A DNA stretch of 64,000 nucleotides, taken from contig JAIXYK010000031.1 in assembly GCA_027490225.1 (NCBI GenBank), forward strand, positions 19,354 to 83,353, in the 5' to 3' direction. Position numbers and translations under genes: made by a program. The notes below the pieces were generated by a model. It was given only the letters and a program-made list of their open reading frames with translations. It ran no database searches and had not been told where the DNA came from. Below are positions 1 to 8,806 of the stretch, in pieces; position 1 is the first letter of the stretch, and each line of letters starts with the position of its first letter. This DNA comes from Bacteroidota bacterium. Its GTDB lineage: Bacteria > Bacteroidota > Bacteroidia > M30B66.

Positions 1-627
1 CCATTAGTTGATCCTTATCCTTTCAGGTCAGATATTTCGAGTGTTACACTTTTTAGCAATTTGCATTACTGTTTTAATCCTTCTAAATTTTCATACAGGG
101 CTTCATTGTGGCAGCTAGATAAGCAAAAAAGAAGTGCAGGTAGTTTAATTTCCGGCGTTTCATATCGCTTAAATGTTATAACAAGTGATACAAATCAAGT
201 GTTAATACCTTCTTCACTTGAGAATTCTTTTGAACCCCAATATAGATTTAATGCGCAGGCTTTATCTAATTTTACTTTTCATTTTGGGTACATTCATTCT
301 TTTGTATTTAAGAAAAACTGGTTTTTAACACTTTACTTTTTACCTGGAATTTCTTTTCAAAATGGAAATTATCAAGTTAGAAATCAACTGCCAACTACAG
401 AGCGCTCGCAAACGGTTGGAGCTTCAGAATTCAGATTTATTTTAGGGTATAATTCTGATAAATGGTTTGCTGGCCTCTCAAGTCATTCATTAACATTTTC
501 TGGTAATGAAAGGTCACAGGTTTGGGTTGATAATAACTACACTTGGACACGCTTATTTGTAGGTTACAGATTTAAGCAAATCAATAAAGAAAGAATGCCG
601 AAATGGATGCATAAAATAGGATTATAA
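1..627 (+). CDS. DUF4421-like outer-membrane beta-barrel protein, 5'-truncated by window edge
   Basis: Frame open from base 1. Contains FNPSKFSYRAS..QKRSAGS motif typical of the DUF4421 family, amphipathic beta strands and a C-terminal LFVGYRF strand. Confidence 0.7.
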   Translation, partial: PLVDPYPFRSDISSVTLFSNLHYCFNPSKFSYRASLWQLDKQKRSAGSLISGVSYRLNVITSDTNQVLIPSSLENSFEPQYRFNAQALSNFTFHFGYIHSFVFKKNWFLTLYFLPGISFQNGNYQVRNQLPTTERSQTVGASEFRFILGYNSDKWFAGLSSHSLTFSGNERSQVWVDNNYTWTRLFVGYRFKQINKERMPKWMHKIGL

Positions 628-731
628 TTCCCCTTTCCCCTTTCTCCTTTCTCCTTTCTCCTTTCCCCTTTCTCCTTTTAACTTTCTCCTTTCCACTTTA
701 TACTTTCCACTTTATACTTTATACTTTTCAC
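627..731 (-). repeat. Array of 15 phased heptamers (G-NNN-AAA on minus strand)
   Basis: Minus strand reads GTGAAAA GTATAAA GTATAAA GTGGAAA GTATAAA GTGGAAA GGAGAAA GTTAAAA GGAGAAA GGGGAAA GGAGAAA x3 GGGGAAA GGGGAAT. It fills the gap between two convergent stop codons. Confidence 0.95.
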
Positions 732-734
732 TCT

Positions 735-1376
735 CTACCTCTTCCTCACTAAGCTCAATCCATCTCTTATAGGAAGTAAAATTACCTCTATTCTATCGTC
801 ATTCTTTAATTGCTTATTTAATTGCTGTAAGAGCAAAGTTTCGTCATCGTTTTTCTTTGCAATTTCAGTGACCTTCCCACTCCACAATACGTTATCAATA
901 ATAATAATACCTCCGCTTCTAACTTTATCAATTACCATTTCATAATAATGGATGTAATTTAATTTATCAGCATCTATAAATACCAAATCAAATGTAAAAT
1001 CGAGCAATGGAATTATTTCTAAAGCCTTTCCTATATGAGGAATGATTTTATTTTTATTTCCTGATAAATCAATATATCTATTTACTAATTCAGCTCTTTC
1101 TTCATTTACATCAATGGTAATTAATTGACCATTTTTACTTAAACCTTCAGCAAGACAAATAGCTGAATAACCCGTATAAGTTCCAATTTCTAAAATATTA
1201 GTTGGCTGAGTAATTTTACTTATAAAACTTAAAAAACGACCTTGAAAATGACCAGAGAGCATTCTGGGCTGCAAAACTTTCAAATGTGTTTCTCTTGTTA
1301 ATTGTTTTAAAACAGCAGGCTCTTCCTCACTATGTTGTTCTGCATATTGTTGAATTGCTATAGGAAGAAATTCCAT
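735..1376 (-). CDS. Class I SAM-dependent O-methyltransferase (caffeoyl-CoA OMT/YrrM-TrmR-like)
   Basis: LEIGTYTGYSA SAM motif, FDLVFIDADK, IIDNVLWSG, LPIRDGL. Confidence 0.9.
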   Translation of the reverse strand: MEFLPIAIQQYAEQHSEEEPAVLKQLTRETHLKVLQPRMLSGHFQGRFLSFISKITQPTNILEIGTYTGYSAICLAEGLSKNGQLITIDVNEERAELVNRYIDLSGNKNKIIPHIGKALEIIPLLDFTFDLVFIDADKLNYIHYYEMVIDKVRSGGIIIIDNVLWSGKVTEIAKKNDDETLLLQQLNKQLKNDDRIEVILLPIRDGLSLVRKR

Positions 1377-1379
1377 AAT

Positions 1380-3194
1380 TTAATTATTTGGTTCGGTTGG
1401 ATGAAAATACTGATAAACAATTTCAGCTTTAGATTTACCAATAGATTCAGCAAGCTGAAGAACTGATAATTCCTTTATCTTTTTTACAGATTTAAAGTCG
1501 GTTAAAAGGATTTCTGCATTTGCTGGCCCAATGCCTTCTATTTGATTTAACTCTGTTTTTAAAGTGCCTTTATCTCTGCGGTTTCTGTGGTGCGTAATTC
1601 CAAAACGATGCGCTTCGTTTCTCAACTGTTGAATCAACTTTAAGCTTTCACTTTTTTTATCAATGTAAAGTGGTATAGAATCTCCGGGGAAATATATTTC
1701 TTCTAAGCGTTTTGCGATACCTACAATCGTTACTTTTCCGCGCAAACCTAATTTATCGAGCGAGTTTAAAGCAGCACTTAATTGCCCCTTTCCACCATCT
1801 ACAATTATCAATTGAGGCATTTCTAAATTATCAGCTAAAACACGGCTGTACCGGCGCATAATAACCTCTTCCATAGTGGCAAAATCATCAGGACCTTCTA
1901 CAGTTTTAACATTATAATGCCGGTAATCTTTTTTGCTTGGTCGTGCATCTTTAAAACAAACCATCGCCGAAACTGGATATGCACCTTGGAAATTTGAATT
2001 ATCAAAACATTCTATATGTTTTGGTAATTCTGGCATGCGTAAATCTTTCTTAAGTTGCTCTAGAATTCTTTTGGTATGTCTTTCAGGGTCAACTAATTCT
2101 TGTTGTTTATTTTTTTCACGAATATAGTTCAGCACATTTCTTTCGCTCAATTCAAGCAACTTTTTCTTATCGCCAATTTTTGGAATGATGGGATTCAAAA
2201 AATCATCTTCCAAATCGGGTAATACCGAAACAATTAATTCTTTTGCAGTACTGCCAAATCTTTGACGCATTTCTCCAATAGCAATAGAAAGCAGCTCTTC
2301 AGGTGTTTCGTCTAATCGTTTTTTTAACTCTATTGTATGACCTTGTACAATACTTCCTTCCAACACGCGCAAGTAATTTACATAAGCCGTTTTTTCTTCA
2401 CTAACAATCGAAAAAACATCCACATTACTTATTGAAGGATTTACAATGGTCGATTTGCTTTTGAATTTTTCAATTAATTCTAACCTAATTTTCAAATCTT
2501 GTGCTTGTTCAAACTCATATTTTGAAGCATGTTCAAGCATTGCGTTTTTTAGCAATTGAATTAAATCGCTAATGTTTCCCTTGATTATTTGTCTAATTTC
2601 CTGAATAGTTTGTAAATAGGCTTCTTCACTTTGATAGCCTACACAAGGTCCTGCACAGTTTTTAATGTGATATTCCAAACAAACTTTAAACTTTCCATTT
2701 TTTATGGCAATTGGTTCTAAAGCAAGGTTGCAATTTCTTCTTGGATACAATGTTTTAATAAAGTCGAGTAAAGTGCGCATTACCTTTACAGAAGGGTAGG
2801 GGCCAAAGTACTCCGAGCCATCTTTAATTACTTTTCTCGTTGGAAATACCCTTGGAAATCTTTCTTTTTTGATACAAATCCAGGGAAAAGTTTTATCGTC
2901 TTTTAGGTTTACATTGTAGCGTGGTAAGTACTTTTTAATTAGATTGTTTTCTAGTAATAAAGCATCTAATTCGGTTTCTACTACAATGGTTTTTATATCT
3001 GAAATTTTACTTACTAAAACACGTGTTTTTCCGCTATCGTAATGCTCTTTTGTAAAATATGATGTTACACGTTTTTTTAGACTTTTGGCTTTTCCTACAT
3101 ACAGTATTTTCCCTTCTGAATCAAAGTATTGATACACACCCGGCTTATCAGGCAGGGTTTTTAAAATCTGTTGTAAAATTGGATGCTCGGTCAC
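1380..3194 (-). CDS. uvrC: Excinuclease ABC subunit C
   Basis: GIY-YIG N-terminus (PGVYQY..LYVGKAKSL), ECFDNS, DGGKGQL, RNEAHRFGI, C-terminal HhH; GTG start. Confidence 0.97.
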   Translation of the reverse strand: MTEHPILQQILKTLPDKPGVYQYFDSEGKILYVGKAKSLKKRVTSYFTKEHYDSGKTRVLVSKISDIKTIVVETELDALLLENNLIKKYLPRYNVNLKDDKTFPWICIKKERFPRVFPTRKVIKDGSEYFGPYPSVKVMRTLLDFIKTLYPRRNCNLALEPIAIKNGKFKVCLEYHIKNCAGPCVGYQSEEAYLQTIQEIRQIIKGNISDLIQLLKNAMLEHASKYEFEQAQDLKIRLELIEKFKSKSTIVNPSISNVDVFSIVSEEKTAYVNYLRVLEGSIVQGHTIELKKRLDETPEELLSIAIGEMRQRFGSTAKELIVSVLPDLEDDFLNPIIPKIGDKKKLLELSERNVLNYIREKNKQQELVDPERHTKRILEQLKKDLRMPELPKHIECFDNSNFQGAYPVSAMVCFKDARPSKKDYRHYNVKTVEGPDDFATMEEVIMRRYSRVLADNLEMPQLIIVDGGKGQLSAALNSLDKLGLRGKVTIVGIAKRLEEIYFPGDSIPLYIDKKSESLKLIQQLRNEAHRFGITHHRNRRDKGTLKTELNQIEGIGPANAEILLTDFKSVKKIKELSVLQLAESIGKSKAEIVYQYFHPTEPNN

Positions 3195-3202
3195 TCTGTG
3201 CG

Positions 3203-3210
3203 CAAAGTTA
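3203..3210 (-). promoter_or_regulatory. Bacteroidota -7 promoter box TAACTTTG upstream of uvrC
   Basis: Matches TAnnTTTG, lies 8 nt before the uvrC GTG and overlaps the upstream stop codon. Confidence 0.55.
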
Positions 3211-3666
3211 GCGCTTCAAATTACTTTCGTACAATTTAATCCAATCATTTGCTGTCATTTTTTTAATTAATTCAGCAATTAACTCAAATGGAATGTCTTG
3301 TGGTTTTTTAAAACGGATGCAACTTTTTCCCATATCTAACTTTGACTTTGAATGTTTAGGAAATTCTGCAACAAACCAGTCCAACAAGGTAGGTTCCATG
3401 TAAATGCCCATGTGATACAATGCAATAAAGTTTTTTTGAGCAGCAATAGCAAGAAATGGTAGTGGTAATTTTGGGTCGCAATGATATCCTGAAGGGTAAA
3501 CTTCATGAGGTACAACATAGCCAATCATTCCATAATTTATTTCCTCGTTAAAAGTAGAATCGATATTATTTTTAATCGTTTCTCTTAAGTTTAGAAATGC
3601 TTCTTTTTTTGAGATTTCAACATTTTCTAAATATGAGCTTACAGATAATGCTTTCAATTTTTCCAT
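3208..3666 (-). CDS. DUF1801 (YdhG-like) protein
   Basis: YGMIGYVVPH..PLPFLAIAAQKNFIALYHMG..DMGKSCIRFKK signature. Confidence 0.85.
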   Translation of the reverse strand: MEKLKALSVSSYLENVEISKKEAFLNLRETIKNNIDSTFNEEINYGMIGYVVPHEVYPSGYHCDPKLPLPFLAIAAQKNFIALYHMGIYMEPTLLDWFVAEFPKHSKSKLDMGKSCIRFKKPQDIPFELIAELIKKMTANDWIKLYESNLKR

Positions 3667-3688
3667 TTTAAACTTTAAAGAATTTGTA

Positions 3689-4873
3689 TTATTTCAAGAC
3701 TTTATTTTTCATCATCATTTCAGTAGCTACTCGCCTAGTTTCGGCATCAGTTGCTACATACTGCTCATAATTTGGTTTTTCTATATAAGTAACTTTCTGC
3801 ATGCAATTTTCAATTAAATCGCTCATTGCCAAAAATCCTATTTCATCCTTTAGAAAACCTGCTACAGCTATTTCATTTGCAGCATTTAAAATACATGGCA
3901 TATTTCCACCTTGTTTCATCGCTTCAAAAGCAAGATTAAGGTTTCTAAATGTTTTATAATCTGGCTGCTCAAAAGTCAAACTTGGATAATTGAGAAAGTT
4001 AAATCTAGGGTAATCACTTGGTAGTCTATTCGGGTAAGCCAAGGCATATTGAATAGGCAATTTCATATCTGGTAAGCCCATTTGAGCTTTCATGCTGCCA
4101 TCGCGAAATTGAACAATGCTATGAATAATAGATTGTGGATGCACAATTACATCAATTTGGTCGAACCTTAGTTGAAATAACCATTTGGCTTCAATCACTT
4201 CCAGTCCTTTGTTCATTAGGCTAGCAGAATCTATGGTGATTTTGGCACCCATCTCCCAGTTGGGATGTTTCAATGCTTGTTCTTTGGTAACATTTGCCAA
4301 AAAGGCTGCATCTTTTCCACGAAACGGTCCGCCTGAAGCAGTTAAGTATATTTTCTCAATCGGATTTTGCCATTCACCTGCTAAACATTGAAAAATTGCT
4401 GAATGTTCAGAATCAACAGGGTAAATATTTACACCACTGTTTTCTGCCAGTTTTGTAACCAATTCTCCTGCAACAACTAAGGTCTCTTTATTGGCTAATG
4501 CAATGTGTTTTCCTGCTTTTATTGCGGCCAAAGTTGGCTTTAATCCAGCATAACCAACACAAGCAGTGAGCACAATTTCAGTACTTTCCTGTTCCATTAT
4601 TTGAACAATTGAATCGGCTCCGCTGTATACCTTTATCGGGAATGATGACAGCGCTGATACTACTTTATCGTACTTACTTTCATCTCCTATAACAACAGAG
4701 CCAGGCAGAAATTCTGCGGCTTGTTGAATCAATAAATCGGCATTCGATTGCGCTATTAAGCAATCTATTTCAAAATTATCAGGATTTGCTCTAACAACAT
4801 CTAATGCTTGTGTTCCAATAGAACCTGTAGATCCTAAAATGGTAATGTGTTTTTTGGCTATAGGTTTACTCAT
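3689..4873 (-). CDS. dxr: 1-deoxy-D-xylulose-5-phosphate reductoisomerase (MEP pathway)
   Basis: LGSTGSIG, LANKETLV, PVDSEHSAIFQ, HPNWEMGAKITIDSA, NKGLEVIEA. Confidence 0.98.
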   Translation of the reverse strand: MSKPIAKKHITILGSTGSIGTQALDVVRANPDNFEIDCLIAQSNADLLIQQAAEFLPGSVVIGDESKYDKVVSALSSFPIKVYSGADSIVQIMEQESTEIVLTACVGYAGLKPTLAAIKAGKHIALANKETLVVAGELVTKLAENSGVNIYPVDSEHSAIFQCLAGEWQNPIEKIYLTASGGPFRGKDAAFLANVTKEQALKHPNWEMGAKITIDSASLMNKGLEVIEAKWLFQLRFDQIDVIVHPQSIIHSIVQFRDGSMKAQMGLPDMKLPIQYALAYPNRLPSDYPRFNFLNYPSLTFEQPDYKTFRNLNLAFEAMKQGGNMPCILNAANEIAVAGFLKDEIGFLAMSDLIENCMQKVTYIEKPNYEQYVATDAETRRVATEMMMKNKVLK

Positions 4874-5154
4874 TATTTACTTACACAATCAAAAAATCCT
4901 TTTTCTTTATTTTCTTTCTCTTCTATTCCACATGCTTCTTCTTCTACATTGGCATACTGACAAGTATAACCTTGCGCTTCTAACAATACTTTCCAAGAAT
5001 CAACTGAAAAATTATTCAAAGCCTCGTCACCAGTGCAACCAGCTACTGTAACAGCACCCAGCGTACATGTACCACACTTTTTGGTGCAATCGTAGCATTT
5101 TTTGCAAGAGCCAAATGCCAGAACAATTAAGAAAACCAAAAGGATTTTTTTCAT
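4873..5154 (-). CDS. Small Cys-rich lipoprotein of unknown function
   Basis: Signal peptide with lipobox AFGS-C and 8 further Cys. Its stop overlaps the dxr start (TAATG). Confidence 0.75.
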   Translation of the reverse strand: MKKILLVFLIVLAFGSCKKCYDCTKKCGTCTLGAVTVAGCTGDEALNNFSVDSWKVLLEAQGYTCQYANVEEEACGIEEKENKEKGFFDCVSK

Positions 5155-5191
5155 TTTTATTGATTATTAATTTGTACGAAAATATAAAATA

Positions 5192-5596
5192 CTATTTAGA
5201 ACCTAGCTCTAAAATTCTATCAAACTCTTCCACCTTTAATGGCATAACACTTAAGCGAGATTGTTTAATTAAACCTATATTTTGAAGCAAAGCATCTTTT
5301 TTAATGGTTTCTAAACTTACTTCATTAATTGTATGCAAAGGCTTTAATTCTACTACCAACCACCTAACATCTTCAGTTGTTGGGTCTTGATAATGTTCTT
5401 TTATAACTTCTGCAACGCCAACTACATTCATTCCATCGTTGCTATGATAAAAGAGAACTTTATCGTTTAGCTTCATTTCTCTCAAATTATTGCGCGCCTG
5501 GTAATTTCTAACACCATCCCAAACCGCTTTTCCATCCTCAACAAATCTAGACCAGCTGTATTTTACAGGTTCAGATTTTACCAACCAATATTGCAT
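5192..5596 (-). CDS. EVE domain protein
   Basis: YWLVKSEP, WDGVRNYQARN, FYHSN, RLSVMP. Confidence 0.93.
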   Translation of the reverse strand: MQYWLVKSEPVKYSWSRFVEDGKAVWDGVRNYQARNNLREMKLNDKVLFYHSNDGMNVVGVAEVIKEHYQDPTTEDVRWLVVELKPLHTINEVSLETIKKDALLQNIGLIKQSRLSVMPLKVEEFDRILELGSK

Positions 5597-5597
5597 A

Positions 5598-6596
5598 TCA
5601 ATGTATCAATTTAAATGTTAATTCTTTAATTAATTCTCCGTGGTCAGCGCCATCGCTGTTTACTCCTTTGCTTCTTAAATCGCAATCGCGCAACGTGTGC
5701 ATGATTCTAATCAATTTTGCAGGATTGTAATGTCTTGCGCCAGTTTCATAGTCTTTTATAAAATATGGATTAATGCCTAATTGTTTGGCAACATCGCTAC
5801 TACCCATACTTTTTAAATATTGAAATTGCAAAAGTTTAGAAAAGTAAGAATACAAGGAAGCAATCAACACAGGAATTGGATTACTTTTGGGATTATCAGC
5901 AAAGTAAAAAGCTATTTGATTTGCCTTTAGTATGTTTTTAGTTCCCAGGGCTTTTTGAAATTCGAAAATATTGTACTCTTTACTAATTCCGACCATTTGC
6001 TCAACATGCTGCTCAGTAATTTCTTGGTTTTGAGGAATATTTATGACCAATTTCTCAGTTTCATTTACCACTTTTTCTAGCTCATTTCCTACCGATTCGG
6101 CCAACATAATTGCTGCTCTTGCTGTAATTGAAAATCCTTTTTTTCTTAAGTGGTTTCCAACCCATTCCGGAATTTTATCGTCTTTGATGCGTTCTGTTTT
6201 TAAGTAAACACTTCGTTTTACGATTTCTTTACCAAAGCTTTTGCGTTTATCGGGTTCTTTTCCCTTCATGGCAATTACCAAAATGGTTGACGGTTGAGGA
6301 TTAAGAATATATGCTTCCAAATCTTCCATTTTTTTAAGTAGCTGTGCTTCCTTCACGATAACTACTTGGTACTCGCTCATCATTGGAAACCGTTTGGCAG
6401 TTACAATGATTTCTTCAGGAGTTGTTTCTAAACCATAAAGAACCGTTTGATTAAACTCTTTTTCATCGGCCGACAGCACATTGTCTTCAACAAATTTGGT
6501 AAGCTGGTCAATGTAATAGGGTTCGTCGCCACAGAAAAAATAAATAGGCGCAAATTTTTTCGCCTTTAAATCTTTAATAATCGGTTCAATATTCAT
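5598..6596 (-). CDS. holA: DNA polymerase III delta subunit
   Basis: PIYFFCGDEPYYID, FNQTVLYG, AKRFPMM..VVIVKEAQ, GISKEYNIFE. Confidence 0.95.
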   Translation of the reverse strand: MNIEPIIKDLKAKKFAPIYFFCGDEPYYIDQLTKFVEDNVLSADEKEFNQTVLYGLETTPEEIIVTAKRFPMMSEYQVVIVKEAQLLKKMEDLEAYILNPQPSTILVIAMKGKEPDKRKSFGKEIVKRSVYLKTERIKDDKIPEWVGNHLRKKGFSITARAAIMLAESVGNELEKVVNETEKLVINIPQNQEITEQHVEQMVGISKEYNIFEFQKALGTKNILKANQIAFYFADNPKSNPIPVLIASLYSYFSKLLQFQYLKSMGSSDVAKQLGINPYFIKDYETGARHYNPAKLIRIMHTLRDCDLRSKGVNSDGADHGELIKELTFKLIH

Positions 6597-6603
6597 TGCA
6601 AAC

Positions 6604-7374
6604 TTAGAAACGAAGGTGTTTTACGGTATTTCCGTTATTAATTAATTCATTTAAAGATGCAATGCCAATTAATAAATGATCATCTACAAAGTTTTTTGTA
6701 ACAACAGTATCGCTTTTTTCAGTTTTTACACCGGTTGCAACCATGGGCTGATCGCTCACAAGTAACAAGGCTCCTGTTGGAATTTTATTGTAAAAACCAA
6801 CACTAAAAATAGTGGCAGTTTCCATATCAATGGCCATTGCCCTGATTTTACGTAAGTATTTTTTAAAGCTATTGTCGTGTTCCCAAACGCGGCGGTTAGT
6901 GGTGTACACAGTTCCGGTCCAATAATCTTTATTAAAATTTCGAATGGATGTTGATACCGCTTTTTGTAAAGAGAAAGCAGGTAAGGCAGGAACTTCTGGT
7001 GGAAAATAATCGTTAGATGTTCCATCGCCTCTTATTGCTGCAAGGGGTAAAATAAAATCGCCTACTTCATTTTTACGTTTTAATCCCCCACATTTTCCTA
7101 AAAACAACGCAGCTTTTGGTTTAATGGCAGAAAGCAAATCCATGATTGATGCTGCATTTGGACTTCCCATTCCAAATTTTATAATTGTAATTCCATTTGC
7201 TGTTGCGGTAGGCATTGGTCTGTCGGCTCCAACTACGGGAACCTTCATCATTTCTGCAAATTTCTCTACATAATTGCTGAAGTTGGTCAATAGAATATAT
7301 TTGCCAAAATCTTCTAGAGGCATTCCTGTGTATCTTGGAAGCCAATTACCTACGATATCTTCTTTACTTTTCAT
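6604..7374 (-). CDS. amn: AMP nucleosidase (Bacteroidota short form, PNP/UDP family)
   Basis: MKSKEDIVGNWLPRYTG start, FLGKCGG, TTNRRVWEHD, AIDMETAT, LLVSD. Start moved from track position 7425 to ATG 7374. Confidence 0.9.
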   Translation of the reverse strand: MKSKEDIVGNWLPRYTGMPLEDFGKYILLTNFSNYVEKFAEMMKVPVVGADRPMPTATANGITIIKFGMGSPNAASIMDLLSAIKPKAALFLGKCGGLKRKNEVGDFILPLAAIRGDGTSNDYFPPEVPALPAFSLQKAVSTSIRNFNKDYWTGTVYTTNRRVWEHDNSFKKYLRKIRAMAIDMETATIFSVGFYNKIPTGALLLVSDQPMVATGVKTEKSDTVVTKNFVDDHLLIGIASLNELINNGNTVKHLRF

Positions 7375-7834
7375 GGATTTTATAAATAATTTACCGGTTT
7401 TAAATTTCCCTGCCTTTAAATTCAAGCTAAAGGATGAACAACAAAGAACGCAAATTTATGACGCTTTTAGAAACAAATTTGTAATCTTAACACCAGAAGA
7501 ATGGGTTAGACAACATGTTTTACATTATTTAACCGATATTCAGAAAATTTCGAAGAATAAAATAGCAGTAGAATATTCCTTAAAACTGAATGGGCAACAA
7601 AAACGAGCCGATGTTTTGATTTTTGGAAAATCTATGGAACCAAGCGTTATTATTGAGTGTAAGTCAACAGATGTAAAAATCTCACTAGCTATTTTTGACC
7701 AAGCAGCCAGGTATAATTTGGTATTGAAAGTGCCATTTTTAATAATAACCAACGGATTTGAAATGCACATTGCGAAAGTGAATTTCGAAACACAAACAAC
7801 AGAGTTGCTTAAGGAATTTCCTATTCTTTTGTAA
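7373..7834 (+). CDS. Stand-alone type I restriction HsdR N-terminal-like (PD-(D/E)xK) protein
   Basis: LNFP..IYDAFRNKFVILTPEEWVRQ, RADVL, IIECK, Q..RYN, ITNG. First plausible ATG is at 7373. Confidence 0.85.
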   Translation: MDFINNLPVLNFPAFKFKLKDEQQRTQIYDAFRNKFVILTPEEWVRQHVLHYLTDIQKISKNKIAVEYSLKLNGQQKRADVLIFGKSMEPSVIIECKSTDVKISLAIFDQAARYNLVLKVPFLIITNGFEMHIAKVNFETQTTELLKEFPILL

Positions 7835-7865
7835 TGAAGGTTATTTGATTTTAAATATGCAGCCC

Positions 7866-8003
7866 GCGCCAGTGATTGGAGCGAAAACCCGGTGCGAGGC
7901 CTTTTGCCGAGCGGCGCGTTGAAGCGTAAAGCACGGTTTACAAAACAATAAAGTATTGCTCAAAAAACAATGTAATGTTTTATTGTTTTGGAAAGGCGCC
8001 CAA
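7866..8003 (+). ncRNA. Structured intergenic element, Flavo-1-like RNA motif (copy A)
   Basis: P1 GCGCC(7866-70)/GGCGC(7995-99). P2 GTG(7872-74)/CAC(7932-34) flanks ATTGGAGCG...AGCGTAAAG. 12-bp stem CAAAACAATAAA/TTTATTGTTTTG, 3' CCAA. Covaries with copies B and C. Confidence 0.65.
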
Positions 8004-8043
8004 AACTTAAAGATTACCAATAAGTTGACTTTTAATTTTGAAT

Positions 8044-8247
8044 TTATTGCTGGATGTTTTTTTCTGCTTTAATGCGTTGGTATCTTCTTAAACCATAAAA
8101 AATACCTGCTGCGAACGTTGCAATAAGGGGCATGGTAACTTCTTTGGTTTTGCCAGTTGCTATTAAAAATATGCTCAAGGCTGCTAATAAAATGGCGAAA
8201 ACAAGCCATACGCGCTCCATTATTCTAAAAACTTTGATATTGTCCAT
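8044..8247 (-). CDS. Small two-TM hypothetical membrane protein downstream of lptC
   Basis: Two hydrophobic segments, basic C-terminus, co-oriented with lptC. Confidence 0.7.
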   Translation of the reverse strand: MDNIKVFRIMERVWLVFAILLAALSIFLIATGKTKEVTMPLIATFAAGIFYGLRRYQRIKAEKNIQQ

Positions 8248-8257
8248 TTTGATGTTG

Positions 8258-8806
8258 TTAAGGATTTTGTTTTAAGTTGATGATTCCCTTGGGTTTGAGG
8301 ATTTTGTAAGTGGTAAAATCTTGGTTAGATTCAAAGCCATCGCCATAAATTACGCGTTCGGTTGAGGTAATTTTTGTGAAAACGTTTGAATAAATTTTAT
8401 TGGCTTTTTGGTCCCAGATAAGGTGATTGGTGTTGAGTTTGTCGCCATTGGAACTGCTGATTTCTACATCGTTGCGGGCTTCCATTTTGTCTTCTTTGGT
8501 ATAACTGATGGCATATTTTGCAGTTAGGACAGATTCTACTTTTTGATTTTCGTCGTAAAACTCTACGCGAATACCTTTATTGAAAACTATGTATGGCTTT
8601 TGGCCAAAGAATGTTTCTCTTAAAGGAGCTCTGATGCGCGCTTTTAGCTGGGCTGAATCGGAATAGAGCATTTCTACATTTTTAGTGGTAGAAACCGGTA
8701 AAGGTTTATAGTTAGTTATTTTTTGCACTTCTGCTATGTCGTTTGTACAAGCGGTAATGCAGCAAATAAAGATTGCTAAAGTTATTTTAGCAATGTGATT
8801 AATCAT
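8258..8806 (-). CDS. lptC: LPS export periplasmic protein LptC (Bacteroidota type)
   Basis: Lipoprotein-like N-terminus, YSDSA, F.KG..VEFYD, L.T..L.WD, G.GFES.QDF. Confidence 0.85.
   Translation of the reverse strand: MINHIAKITLAIFICCITACTNDIAEVQKITNYKPLPVSTTKNVEMLYSDSAQLKARIRAPLRETFFGQKPYIVFNKGIRVEFYDENQKVESVLTAKYAISYTKEDKMEARNDVEISSSNGDKLNTNHLIWDQKANKIYSNVFTKITSTERVIYGDGFESNQDFTTYKILKPKGIINLKQNP

Noticed and set aside
7373-7834. Type I restriction-modification/defence system
   Set aside because: Only a stand-alone HsdR N-terminal-like domain with no hsdM, hsdS or helicase. As I recall, it is a usual neighbour of holA in Bacteroidota.
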